Shown piece after piece: positions 41,190-53,324 of a stretch of DNA of 64,000 nt (position 1 is its first letter; each line of letters begins with the position of its first letter). A program made the position numbers and the translations under genes. Origin of the DNA: Cycas panzhihuaensis (Eukaryota > Plantae > Cycadophyta); the NCBI GenBank assembly GCA_023213395.1, contig CM041465.1, positions 230,771,741 through 230,835,740 on the forward strand. Reading direction: 5' to 3'. The notes below the pieces were generated by a model. It had not been told where the DNA came from. It worked only from the letters and a program-made list of their open reading frames with translations, and made no database searches.

Positions 41190-44100
41190 TATTCAAATGA
41201 ATAGGAGCAAAATCAATGGAAGTAAGCTCATCATCATGAAAGTTAGTTGAGTCAATAAAATTAGACAAAGTCTAATTAAAGATAGACTTAGCATAGTATG
41301 GAAAAACTTTAGGGAATGTAGTTGTATCACTTCCAAAGCTAAGTTAGTCAACAACCTAACTAACAAATGAGTCAAAAAAATAAAAATAAAGAATAATAAA
41401 AGAAATTTGAATTTGAGATAAATAAACAAGAACATAATTGAGTCTCTAATTTAGGAATATCAAAGATCAATGAAATAGGAGAATCTTTAGATGAAAAAGA
41501 TGAATACAAATCCTTTTTATTCACTAAAAATATGACAAAAAGTGACTTAAGGGTAACATCCAACTACAAGTCATATAAATGTTTTAAATCCAAATCAATA
41601 GAAATAATTGAAGCATTTGTGATTTTAGAATCATATAACTAGCAAGTGCATGATCCTTTCTGTCACTTATGGTAAGGACTTCATACTATAAATTAACATT
41701 ACTTTTGAACTAGACAAGTGGCATCCTACTAGAAATGAATGTTGTAGATCCATCCCATTGATCATAATCAAGATCAATAAATGAGATGATCAATGGTATG
41801 TTAGGAGAATCATCCATTTAAATTTTTAAAAAATTAATAGCCTTCACTTAGTTTCATGAATAATCTAAAATGCTTTAAATAGGGAGGATGGTACCGCACA
41901 CATGGCATGCGTTCAACTTTAACCAAGTAGGATGTTATAATCAAGTAAAATCTCAATGATTTCAATGTCAACCTTAATAGTCTTTCCCTTAAATATGATC
42001 AAAAGCTTACAAGTCCTACCCTTTGATGGACATTTAACATATCAAATGCTTTAATCATGATGGGACTCTTATCCAAACTTATAAGTTATAGAGAATACAT
42101 GAAGAAAAGCAACATAACATTTAAAGATAAATTATCATCTACAATAGCTCTATGAGTTATTATTTCAATAATAATAACTGAGTTGATGAAGGTCCAAGGT
42201 TTGGAAAATCAGAAATATTAGACAAAAGTAACAAAGGATCAAAAGATATAAATCTCAAAACACGTTCAAAAAATTGAATCCTAAGTTATTAGAGACAATT
42301 AGTTCTCATAGAAGAATAATGCTTCAACACATTAAAAAATGACATCCCTAAAGAAATACAATTTAAATCCTCAATGAGATAACATAAAGGAGAAGCTCAT
42401 GAACCAAACATGGGAGTAGGGCACATTGAATATCTTTTGTCTATTTAAGAGAATCATCCTTCTCCTTTTCAAAAGTTTATGAGGGAGATTGTACTATAAA
42501 CACATCAATAAAATTAATGGGTAAAGATTTAAGGTAATAAATCTATGAGATGGGCTTCTTACTAGTAGCCTTACTAGATTCTCCAGGTTTAAAAATATGA
42601 ACATATGAAGAAGATTGAGGAACAGAAAGGGGAACATGCTACTTAGGAATAGAAGAAGGAGTATATAATGATGGCTATAGGTGTTTAAAACATACAATAA
42701 AATTATGAAATAAATACCTAAGATGAATTAGTAGATGTTACATGCCTAAGTTATAATGAATCCAACTAATTTTAAAGACTTTGAATTTGAGAAGATAATT
42801 AAGCTTTAGTATTTGATAGAATCAAATGGAAAAAATGTATAAGTTCTTAATTATTATCAAGAAAGGATTCTTGGATAGTCCTATTTATTGTTTTAGATAC
42901 TAATAAGATGATTATTTCATTAAGGCCAAGGCAGGGTAATTCCTAATGGTATACTCATTAGGAATATGGCAATTCAAGTACTAAAGTTGCTCACAGTATG
43001 TATTCTCTCAATGGTTTGTTTTCCCACATTGATTGTAATAAAGGAACTCTATAGGTCATTGCCATTACCTGTTCTATTTTGCAATAGGGGGAATATTATT
43101 TCATGGATGAGGGCAAGGATTATTCTACCCCCTTAGTTGGTCTAAACAAGGTCTACTTGGATCTCATTATACATCTTATATAAGGGACTCATTTTATATA
43201 ATGAGGTTTTGAACTAATTATGTCAATTGAGTGACAAACGTAGCTAGATTGGGTAAAGGAGCTAATTTAGAAGGTTAGGTTATTTAAGTAACCTATCGAA
43301 TAGGTTGATACATAAGAGGTAAGGGTGGACCGCCACTAACAACTTCATCAAGATAAATAACCTATAAAGGTGTTGGATTTTGAATAGTATCCAATCTTGA
43401 TTAAATCAACACATGCTCATATTACTAAGCAAACGATTCATTTTTTGCATATGACTTGGGGTTTTATCTCAAGAGTTCAAAGTGGATGACACTAGTAAGA
43501 CTATCAAGAAAAACTTATTTAATGGTGATACCATTGATATGAATAATACAACAACCAACCAACTCATAAAAAATCTTTATGTAATAATTAAAGGTTACAT
43601 GAGGCATTTGTTTATCTGTCATCAAAGTGTAAAGACCATCATCTTCAACTTTGGGAAGAGAAAAATGATTAAGAAAATTCTCAAGTAACTTTATATTATT
43701 ACTAATTTAATTAGTGGGAAGTTTTACAAACTAGAAGGTACTAGTATCCCCTAAAATTATGAGGGAAAAAAGTCTCAATTGAATGCTATCTTCCTAAATA
43801 TGTGTGATGTTTAGATAAGCACCCATTTGCTTTCCTAGATCTTCATATAATTTCCCATACAACTTGGCTAAACTAGGTGAGATAATGGGTATATCTAGTG
43901 CAACTATCAGTATGACTAATGGGGATAATCTAATGGGAGGGAGGTATCAAAATTATAAAAAGATAAGAGTTATGATAGACTAACTTATGATGAGCCAAGA
44001 AGTGAAACATTAACATGAATAATGTCAAATTATAGAAAAAAGTAACATGACAATGAAAGTTATTGGGTATGAAATAGTGAAATTATGACGATAAAGACAA

Positions 44101-44200
44101 AATATCTATCTTACAAAAGATAAAAGCTTCCTTAAGCTCACGTGGTCAAAGAGGGGATAAAATCTCAATTAAAGAGAAAACCTATTCGGGTTAACTAGAA
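41190..44200 (-). pseudogene. Gag-protease remnant of F (Tat/Ogre type)
   Basis: Minus motifs: YNQCGKTNH*ENTY (decayed zinc knuckle, ~42995-43040), HRAIVDDNLSLNV (~42115-42155), MIKAFD (~42040-42060), LDYNILLG*S*THAMCAVPSSL (~41880-41945, compare YNLLLGRPWIHA..AVPSTL). Confidence 0.75.
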
Positions 44201-45223
44201 CCCTAAACTATTGACACAACATTATAGAAAGGTTAAAGGTGACTACTACAGGATTGCAATTTGAGTCCATAGTATGGTCACTAGAAAATGTTAGTATAAT
44301 GTAGTGTTTACCCTAGATTCCATTAAGAGACTATCTGTGTTTCCTAATACAGAATTGAGGTGAAAACTAGTGCAACATTTGTGAGTTAAATATGAATGAA
44401 AAGATGGAAGTTACTTTAATAAGCAGCTTCATAATATAATATCACCTAAACCCAATGCTTATTAGATTGGTAAGCCTTTTATTCTTTGTAATGCTAGCTA
44501 TTTAAGGAAAAACTACTATCAAACCCACAAAGATAACAACTCCATCAAGTAGATTTCCCCTTTGTTCATTAGAAATATGAAGTGATTTATATGAGACTAA
44601 GTCATTGCAGATAATTATATTTCATTTACTAAGTGAAAAATGTTGGGACTAACCCCAATGTTATTAAAAGGACTGTGTGCCTAGGGCCCCTCAAAGCCAC
44701 CTTTGAGGCCCCCTAAGGAACCTAGACACTCCCTATAGCCACCAGGAGCTGACACTTATTTATTAAGGTATGCGTATTCATTTATTATTGTTATATTTTA
44801 ATATATTTTGAATTATATGTTGGTTAACATGCAGGTCAGGTGATGGCACTTTCTGCCTCCCCAAAATTCTATTTAAAGGGTGGGAATACCTCCCTGGCAT
44901 TTTTTAACACTGCCAATATTCAGAAATCACTTGTTTTCTTAAAATGCATACGATCTAACATGCTACTCTGCTCCTCTAAATCCATCATTTGGTATCAAAG
45001 CTAAAGAGGTACTTGATAATTATTTATGCTGATTTAGCTTCTCATACATCTAGAAAAATAACTGCATATGACTACTTCTTAGAATCCTGGCAAGCTCATC
45101 TATCTACTGGAGAAGATGGTTCAGAGTTTTGACCACTGTGAATGAAGTTCTCATCCTCGAAAGTCGTTCTATAAACTAGTCATAGTGACTTTATTAGGTT
45201 CTTCACTTTTTTATTATTCATAC

Positions 45224-45228
<5 letters not shown>

Positions 45229-45319
<91 letters not shown>
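45229..45319. repeat. (TA)n microsatellite in leader of D
   Basis: Read directly. Confidence 0.95.
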
Positions 45320-45321
<2 letters not shown>

Positions 45322-45822
45322 TATTTATTTGATATTTCTTCTTCAATATATTTACAAGATTTGGAATTGTCTACTGTGTTTATGCCCTCTCTGCATTCTC
45401 TATTTGTGTGGTGTTCTATTTATGGCATCCCTTTATCTGCGTGAAATCTCCCAGCCTAGCCTTTTCTTGGCTCTGGCTCTATGTGGCCTGCTCCTCTTTA
45501 TATCTGCTCCTTCCTGCTCTTATGTCTCACTTTGGTGCTCTAGTGTCTCCCCACCTTAGATAAAATCTTATTGGAGATGTCTATTTGAATCTCTAGCTTC
45601 TATCATGCTTACGATATTTATGAGATCCGTCTGCCACCATTTGGAGTCGCCCATCTGACCTCTTCCCTCACTCATAGCCCTTCCACCAAAATCATCAGAA
45701 TCATTATTGTTTTCATACTTGGAATTGCTCCCATTGTCTGAATACGATTCTCCCCCCCCACCTAACTCAAAGTGTTCCTCTAGTTTATTTGTCACAATTG
45801 TCTTTATTATTATACAAAAAAT

Positions 45823-46098
45823 TCATGAAGGCAACCATAGCTTCTCATGGTTTCTCCAACTCTTAAGATAATAATAAAAGAAATCTGCATATCGAGTCAT
45901 CCAGACAAGGCTAGAAATACAAGGTATCCATTGAAATTGATGCTTTTCAGTCGTGTAATGGTAGATCCAGTTGAACAGATAGAGTCCTCAATATGCTCCA
46001 AGAAAGAAGACATAATTCCCTATCAAATTATCAATATTCTGTGACCTCTATAGTAATACAAGTTAGGGAAGAATAGCAACTGCTTTAAGATTGTAGAT
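45823..46098 (-). pseudogene. ERD2: Captured C-terminal fragment of ER lumen protein-retaining receptor (KDEL/HDEL receptor)
   Basis: 89 codons without indel (46089->45823): LKAVAILP*LVLL*RSQNIDNLIGNYVFFLGAY*GLYLFNWIYHYTTEKHQFQWIPCISSLVWMTRYADFFYYYLKSWRNHEKLWLPS*. This matches plant ERD2 LEAVAILPQLVLLQR..N.DNLTG.Y.F.LGAYRGLY..NWIYRY.TE....WI....GLVQT.LYADFFYYY..SW.N..KL.LPA*, including the native stop. Confidence 0.95.
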
Positions 46099-49089
46099 GT
46101 TTCCTTTATTTTTTGACTTGATCTAATCTACTAATCTCTCTCTCACTGCTACTTCACATCTTATGTCTCTCCTACCTCACATAAAGTGAAGTCGATCTCC
46201 TTTCCTAACACAGGGGCTGATCTAAGTCAATTAATCATTAATTATTTATCATTTTCAATGTTAGCATGTCCAGAGTTATCTAGTAGGAATATCTTAGCAT
46301 AGTTCACTTTTTTATATACTATTGGTTTTTGGTTTATATAGTTGTTGATCCTTTTTGTCCCTCTAATTTCTTATCATGTTTATAAAGGACTTTGAAATAA
46401 CATTGATAGTTTGAAGAAGCTTAAGTTTATATTAAGACCTTCACATATTCATCACAAGGAAGATAACGGGAGTTTTGACATGGTAAACTTACTGGGAGTG
46501 CGAATAATTTCTTAAAACGTTTAATTGATCTATCGTGTACAGGTCGCTCATAAACGAGCATTCAATTTTCGATGACATGTTGATTTTTTTCAAAAGACTA
46601 TAGTAAACTAAATTAAATTTTATTGCATAAAGTTTTAAATCCTTCATTTAAAGGGTTTAATCTTTTTTCAGTTTAGTCCCTGATCACATTCTATTCCATA
46701 TGACCTTCAGCCTGCTTATTAAAAGAGGTCTTGTTCTAAATTAAAAGTTACCTATTTTTTACTTGACGAGTGAATTTATCCTTGTAGCATCAGAGGGGTT
46801 TATATTCTGTAAGGTCTTGGGTTCAATCCATATCTAGTCTACCCTCAGGTTGACAATTCAAGGGGGTTATCTTAAGGATATAACACTTTTTCTTTTATTT
46901 TTTTTTTAATTTATTTTTAAAACATAAGGTACCTAGCTATTTTCTGTCATATCTCTTCACTGGGATATTAGTTTCTGACGAAACCTATCCCATTAGGTCT
47001 AGAATTTTTTGAGGTATAATTTAGACTAGTTATTTACCATATTTGGAGTTGATTTAATATGTTTCTAATTAATTTAAGTCAATCCTTTTAAAAAAATGGA
47101 CCTTTTTTTAGTTTATTAACATAAAAGTACTTGTTGCTATTTTCATTATAACTTTTCTATTACACATCAGAATTCAATAATGTTAGTTTCATTAGGAAGT
47201 TGAATTGTTCCCCTTCAAACTAACACTATTATTTATAAGTTTTAAGGTGTTCTTGCAGACTTTTAAATCCATCAAAGTTGAGGTATATAACATATTTCAA
47301 TTTGTCATTATTGTATAATTTTATATATTATTTCTCTAGTTTTTTAACTGATAAATATATTAAGTAGCTCTCTAAACTATATTTGATCTTTTTACACTTT
47401 TCTATAAGACTTTTACTAGCATTTCATAATATTTTGAGCCCTAGGCTCCCATTAAGCCTCAAAAGGAGGACTACATCTTTTGTATATTAAAATTTTGACT
47501 TGTAGGAACCCATTTTCAAAATGGTTAATTCCATTGAATAGATATTTCATTGATCTTCAAACTGGTATAATTTCACCTTAATTTGACATTGTTTAGTATA
47601 GTTTTGAAGCTGCTCATCTTGAGTATTTAGTATATCTCAACAGGCTTGTCTTCTAAACCTTTTTAAGGAGTTCTTTATTTTATTCCATATTGATAACTTA
47701 TAATACATGCTTGAGGCTTTCATTTAACTTTTATATAGCCTTTTTAAAGCTGATTTGTAGTAGAAATTAATCATATACATCTCAAGCAAGTGATAAGCCA
47801 AGTGGTTCTACAATTTAAAATAGGTACAATTCATTTTTTTTGGAAATCTCTTCTTCATTTTTATCTTTCTAAAGTGAAAATATATACATATATTTCATAT
47901 TTTCAGCATTATAGGCAAAAGGATTTCCTGCATTGAAAAAGAAAGTTATTTTCTTGCTCAAGGTTGTAGTTATTTATTTGAAAATTTGATAACTTAAGAA
48001 TTCGTTACTTTTTATCATCAAAGCCTTATTTCAGATTTGCATAGTTAAAAGGATCTTAGTTACATTCAAAATCTGCTCATATATTTATTAGATTTCAAGG
48101 TTTATCTGAAATTATACCTTATAAGTTTGTCATTTATTTGAAAGGCATACACTTATTGAAAGCATTTTTTATTCATCATTGTTGAAAAAGTTCACTTACT
48201 TCTTCCACTTATAAAAGTTGCACCTAGTTTATTTACTTTCTAAAGGCATCTTTCATTTTTCAAAGGGCATTACATTTTTTTTTTTTTGAAAAAGTATTTA
48301 CTTACATAGTTCTTTTAAAGAGTTTATTATTTATTTCATCTTGCTTAAAGGTTACTATTTTTTCATTCAAGTTTTTCTTTATTGCATAAAAGGAATGCTT
48401 TATAAAACCCTAAGAAAGACCACACTACTAATTAATTTATTTTTTACATTAAAAAAGATAATCCTGAATTGAACCACCCTCTTTTTCCAGCCTTACAAGG
48501 GGAACGGTTAGGACCCTTAAAGTTACCACCCCGTACATGCTAATTGGCCTACTCATATTGGATGAGGATAGACATTAGCTATCAGGTGTATTTAGTGGTA
48601 GGATGAGGTGCAAAACATGTTCCTTTTATGGTGTTTGGAGACCAAGGCTAGACTTGGAGAGAGTGAGTGCCTTAGTTTAAAAATCTTCACCGTTAGATCT
48701 GTCGCTAAGCATAAGTCTGGTGGATGTTGACCAACAGCTCAAGGGGGTGTAAAAACCTTCTTAATAGCCAGCGTACTGAGGTATATAGAGCCTAGCACTC
48801 ACATACCAGTATATTGGGTCCCTATTTTTCCATCTGTAGGTAGGCGCCACTAGACAAGATAGCAATAGAAGGTTACCCCATGAGAAACTTAAACTTAGAG
48901 CCTAGTAGCCTTAATAGGTCCTAGTTTACTTATTCAAAACTTTGGGAAAAACCTTGAGTTATATCTAGAAGAAAATTTTTATATTTAAACCTTTCTTTCA
49001 AAATTTAAATTCAAATACCTTTTCTGATACTCACATTCAACTTTTCAAATCTCATTTGTCACATTTGATCAACATAACTTTAGCTCAAG

Positions 49090-52000
49090 ATGATGTCTAG
49101 TTTTGGAAACTTAATTATCCCAAAATTTGATGGAAACAATTTTATAAATTAGAGTAGGAGGATGAGAACCATCCTCATAGCTAACGACATATTGGACATT
49201 GTAATGATAGGCTACAATGAATTAGGACCAAATCCATCTAATGTAGAAAAGGTTACCTACAAAGAGAATGTCAAAAAAGATAATGAAGCATTAGCCCTTA
49301 TCTTTTGCACACTAGAAGATCATGTGTTTCCAAGTGTCAGTGAATAAGTTAAGTCCAAAGAAGCTTGGGACACCTTACAACTAATATATAGAGGAGCAAC
49401 CTCCTCTAAATTACAAAACTTGAGGAGTAAGTTTAAAAATTTACGTATGATGCCTCATGAATCAATGACAGAATTTACGACCAAAATCTAAGATACTGTA
49501 AACCAAATGAGGTCACTTAGAGATACCCTAACTAAACAAAGGGTAGTTGAAAGGATCCTTAGATGTGTAGGAGCTGTAAGACGTTTTGAAATGGTAGCTA
49601 CTAGTATCAGTGTATCAAGGATCTAAGTACCCTTAGAGTGGAACAACTTACTGCCATGCTCATATTTATAGAAGAGCAGTAAAGTGCAAATGAATCTTTA
49701 GAACATGTCTTTGCTACAAAGGCCCACATTTAATCCAACTCCTAAGCAAGAACCTTAAGACAAAAGGAATCTCCTCTAAGAAGAAAATGTAGAAATTCTA
49801 AAAGGAAAACTAGACAAGACCCTCTATGATATCAAGCCCCTCACCAAAAGAGGCAAGGAGGACCCCAACAACATGAAGATCCTTTAAGAAATACCAATCA
49901 AAGAAGACAAATTGAGAATCATCCTTGCTATCCACATTGCCAAGTGAATTCTCAATCTTTAAGGACAAATAAGGAATATCATGATAACAGACTAATGGAC
50001 AACCCTCCTCAATCCTATAAGGAAAGGGAGAGATCTTTCAATATTGATCGTTCTCAACCAAGAAGTCGAAGCCTAAGTTATAGGAGAAGAGATATATTAT
50101 CTTGTACTTATTTCCATAGAAAAAGTCACATTGAAGATAGATGTTTTTCAAAATATGGACCACCATCTAGAGAACATACTTTAAATTCATCAAAATCAAA
50201 GGTTAATAATAGGTTATTTCTATCTAGTTTTTTTTGCTAAGGAAGAAGAGGATGATAGCTGGTATATCGATTCAGGTTATTCAACCCACATGACCTATAA
50301 AGAATATTTATTTTAAACCTTGGATAAAAATAGAAAAGGGTCAATCATGTTTGGAGACAATATTTCTTATGAATCAGTTGGGAAAGGTAACAGACCCTTG
50401 TTGATTGATATTGGTAAATATAGATACTTAGATGATGTCTTATATGTCCCTGCCCTAAGGAAGAACTTTCTATCAGTAGGATAGATGATGGAACAAGATT
50501 ATAAGGTGATTTTTGATAATGGCGAATGTGTTATCAAAGATAAGAGGAAAAATAAAGCTATTGTTGCCAAAGGTATAATGACTAAAGATCATTTATTTAA
50601 GCTTATCCTCACTCCTTTAGACACCTATGCCCTCAAAATATCAACTACAATGGATAGTGATTTATGGCATAGATAGTTTGGTCACCTTAACTACAAAATC
50701 TTGGCTCTTATGAAAAGGTTGAATATGGTTAATGGTTTACCACCTATTGATGTCAATAAAAAGCTGAGTGAGGGCTTCCTTCTTAGTAAATAACATAGAG
50801 AAAGATTTTTGAATTTTAGCCATCGAGTAACTGCTCCTCTTTAACTGGTATATATAGACATTTATAGACTGATGACTACTCCCTCCTTAGTAGGTGCAAA
50901 ATACTTTCTCACATTTATTGATGACTTCATAAGGAAAATATAGGCTTTCTTTCTAAGATATAAATGAGATGCTTTCGACCACTTTGTTGACTTCAAAACC
51001 TTTGTTGAGCGATAAAGTGGATATTACATCCTTTCTCTAAGATCAGATAATGGGGGAGAGTTTATATCTAATGCTTTCAAGGTTTATTATATCCACCATG
51101 GGATCAGGAGATAATTTACCAACCCCTACACCCCACAACAAAATGGTGTAGTGGAAAGAAAGAATTGAACTATCGTTGAAATGGCAAGATGTATGCTTAA
51201 GGATAAGAACTTGGGCCATGAATTTTTAGCTGACGCAGTTCATATAGCCATCTACCTACTCAATAGATGTTCCACCAAAGCACTTAGGTGGAAAACTCCA
51301 GAAGAAGCATGGACTAGTTATAAATCAAGTATACATCATCTCAGGGTATTTAGATGTCTAGCATATGTCCATATTTCTAATCAAAGAAGAACCAAGTTCG
51401 ATGACCATAGTGTCAAATATATTTTTATTGGCTATAATGAATCTTCTAAATCCCACAAAGTCTATGATCCAAAATTAAGAAAAGTTATGGTGAGTAGAGA
51501 TGTCAAATTTCAAGAAGACTCCTACTACCAAGATAATTAGGAAAAATATAAGGAGATTGCCATTAAATTTGATACATCAAGTAAATTCAAATATGTGCCT
51601 CCTATGTGGAGAAGTATCTAGGAACCAATGAGAGAGGGTACTTTATCTCAACCTCCACCATAACAGCTACCCAAATGGGTTCATCACAACCATGACTTAG
51701 GAAATATATTAGATAACAATAGAAGATCCATATGCTCATATAGGGTCAACTTTACCCTAATGAGTAAGGTACTTAAAATTCATAAGCCTCAAAACTTTGA
51801 TGAGGCTAATCAACATGAATATTAGAAAAAAGCCATGAAAGAGGAATATAAGTCCATTATTAAGAATGATACATGGGAACTTGTGGACTTACCACCAAAG
51901 AAGAAAGATATTAGCATTAAATGGGTTTATAAGACCAAGTTCTACTCAGATGACTCTATCGACACATACAAAGCTAGATTGGTTGCAAAAGGATATGCCC

Positions 52001-53324
52001 AAAGAGAAGGCATAGACTATATAGAAACATTTGCCCCTATCGCTAGGATGGAATCTATTCGAATGATGATGAGTTTAGCCGCCCAAATGGATTGGAAAGT
52101 TTATCAAATGGATGTGAAAAGTGCTTTCTTAAATGGTTATATTAAAAAGGACATCTATGTCATTGAACCCCTCAATTTTGAAGTCAAGGGGGAAGAAAAC
52201 AAAATGTATAAATTAAAAAAGGCATTATATGGTCTAAAACAAGCACCCAGGGCTTGGTATTCCCGCATAGACAAGTATTTTAGAGATCAAGGATTTGAAA
52301 GATCTCATACAGATCCAAACTTATATACTCAAATCAAAGGAAATTCAATATTGATTGTAGGTCTCTATGTGGATAATTTAATTTATATTAGAAATGACTC
52401 CCATCTTTTATATTAGTTTAAAGATACTATGTGTAAGGAATTCGAGATGATAGACTTAGGCCTCATGCATTACTTCCTAGGATTAGAAGTCTGGCAGGAT
52501 AAATAAGGAATCTTCATCTCTCAATGCAAATATATATTGGATCTACTGCAAATATTATGAATGATAAATTACAAACCATTGGCAATACCAGCATAAATTG
52601 GAATCAAACTTTCTAAGATAGATGACTTGACTTCGATTGATCCAACTCTCTATAGACAACTCATTGGTAGCCTAATATATTTGACATCTACTCGACCTGA
52701 TATAACATATTTAGTTAGTGTTGTGTCTAGGTTCATGCAGGATCCAAAGACCTCTCATTGGCAAGCTGCAAAAAGAATCCTTAGATACCTTAAAGGGACT
52801 CTAGATTTTGGGTTATATTACAAAGCTACATCTAAATTTTAATTAATTGGTTACATAGATTCAGATTGGGTAGGTGATGTTGATGATAGAAAGTCTACAA
52901 CGGGTTATGTATTTAGTATGGGATTAGCAGCAGTAGCTTAGAGTATAAAGAAGTAAACTACCATTTCCTTATCCAGAGTTGAGGCAGAGTATAAAGTTGT
53001 AGTTGCAGGAGCTTATGAATCAATATGGCTAAGAAGACTTTTACAAGATTTTTAGATTAAATAATAAGGCCCCACTCAAATTTAATGTAACAATCAAAGC
53101 ACTATCCAAATGGCCAAAAATCTAATATTCCATGGTAGAATAAAATATATTGAGACTCAACACCACTTTATTCGAGAACTTGTACAAGCAGACAAGATCG
53201 AGTTAGCTTATTGTAGCATTGAGGATCAGACAGTAGATATTTTTACAAAGGCTTTGGGAAAGATTAAATTTAAGAAGTTTAGAGAAAATTTGGGGGTCAT
53301 ATGCATTGGGATTATGGGGGAGAA
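49090..53324 (+). pseudogene. gag-pol: Copia gag-pol polyprotein of D, many nonsense mutations
   Basis: gag PKFDGNNF; zinc knuckle CTYFHRKSHIEDRC; protease WYIDSG; LWHR.FGHLN; integrase LRSDNGGEF and PYTPQQNGVVERK; RT YKARLVAKGYAQREGIDY, QMDVKSAFLNG, LYGLKQAPRAW, LYVDN; RNase H DIFTKAL. Confidence 0.95.

Noticed and set aside
45125-45170. FEDENF cyclophilin-like hexapeptide on the minus strand
   Set aside because: Similarity does not extend; likely chance.
45185-45559. 124-aa hydrophobic ORF
   Set aside because: Runs through (TA)n and has no recognisable domain.
45847-46044. 65-aa plus-strand ORF
   Set aside because: Antisense shadow of the ERD2 fragment.
46808-46832. B-box-like GGTTCAATCC (tRNA/SINE)
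   Set aside because: No A-box, cloverleaf, tail or TSD found.
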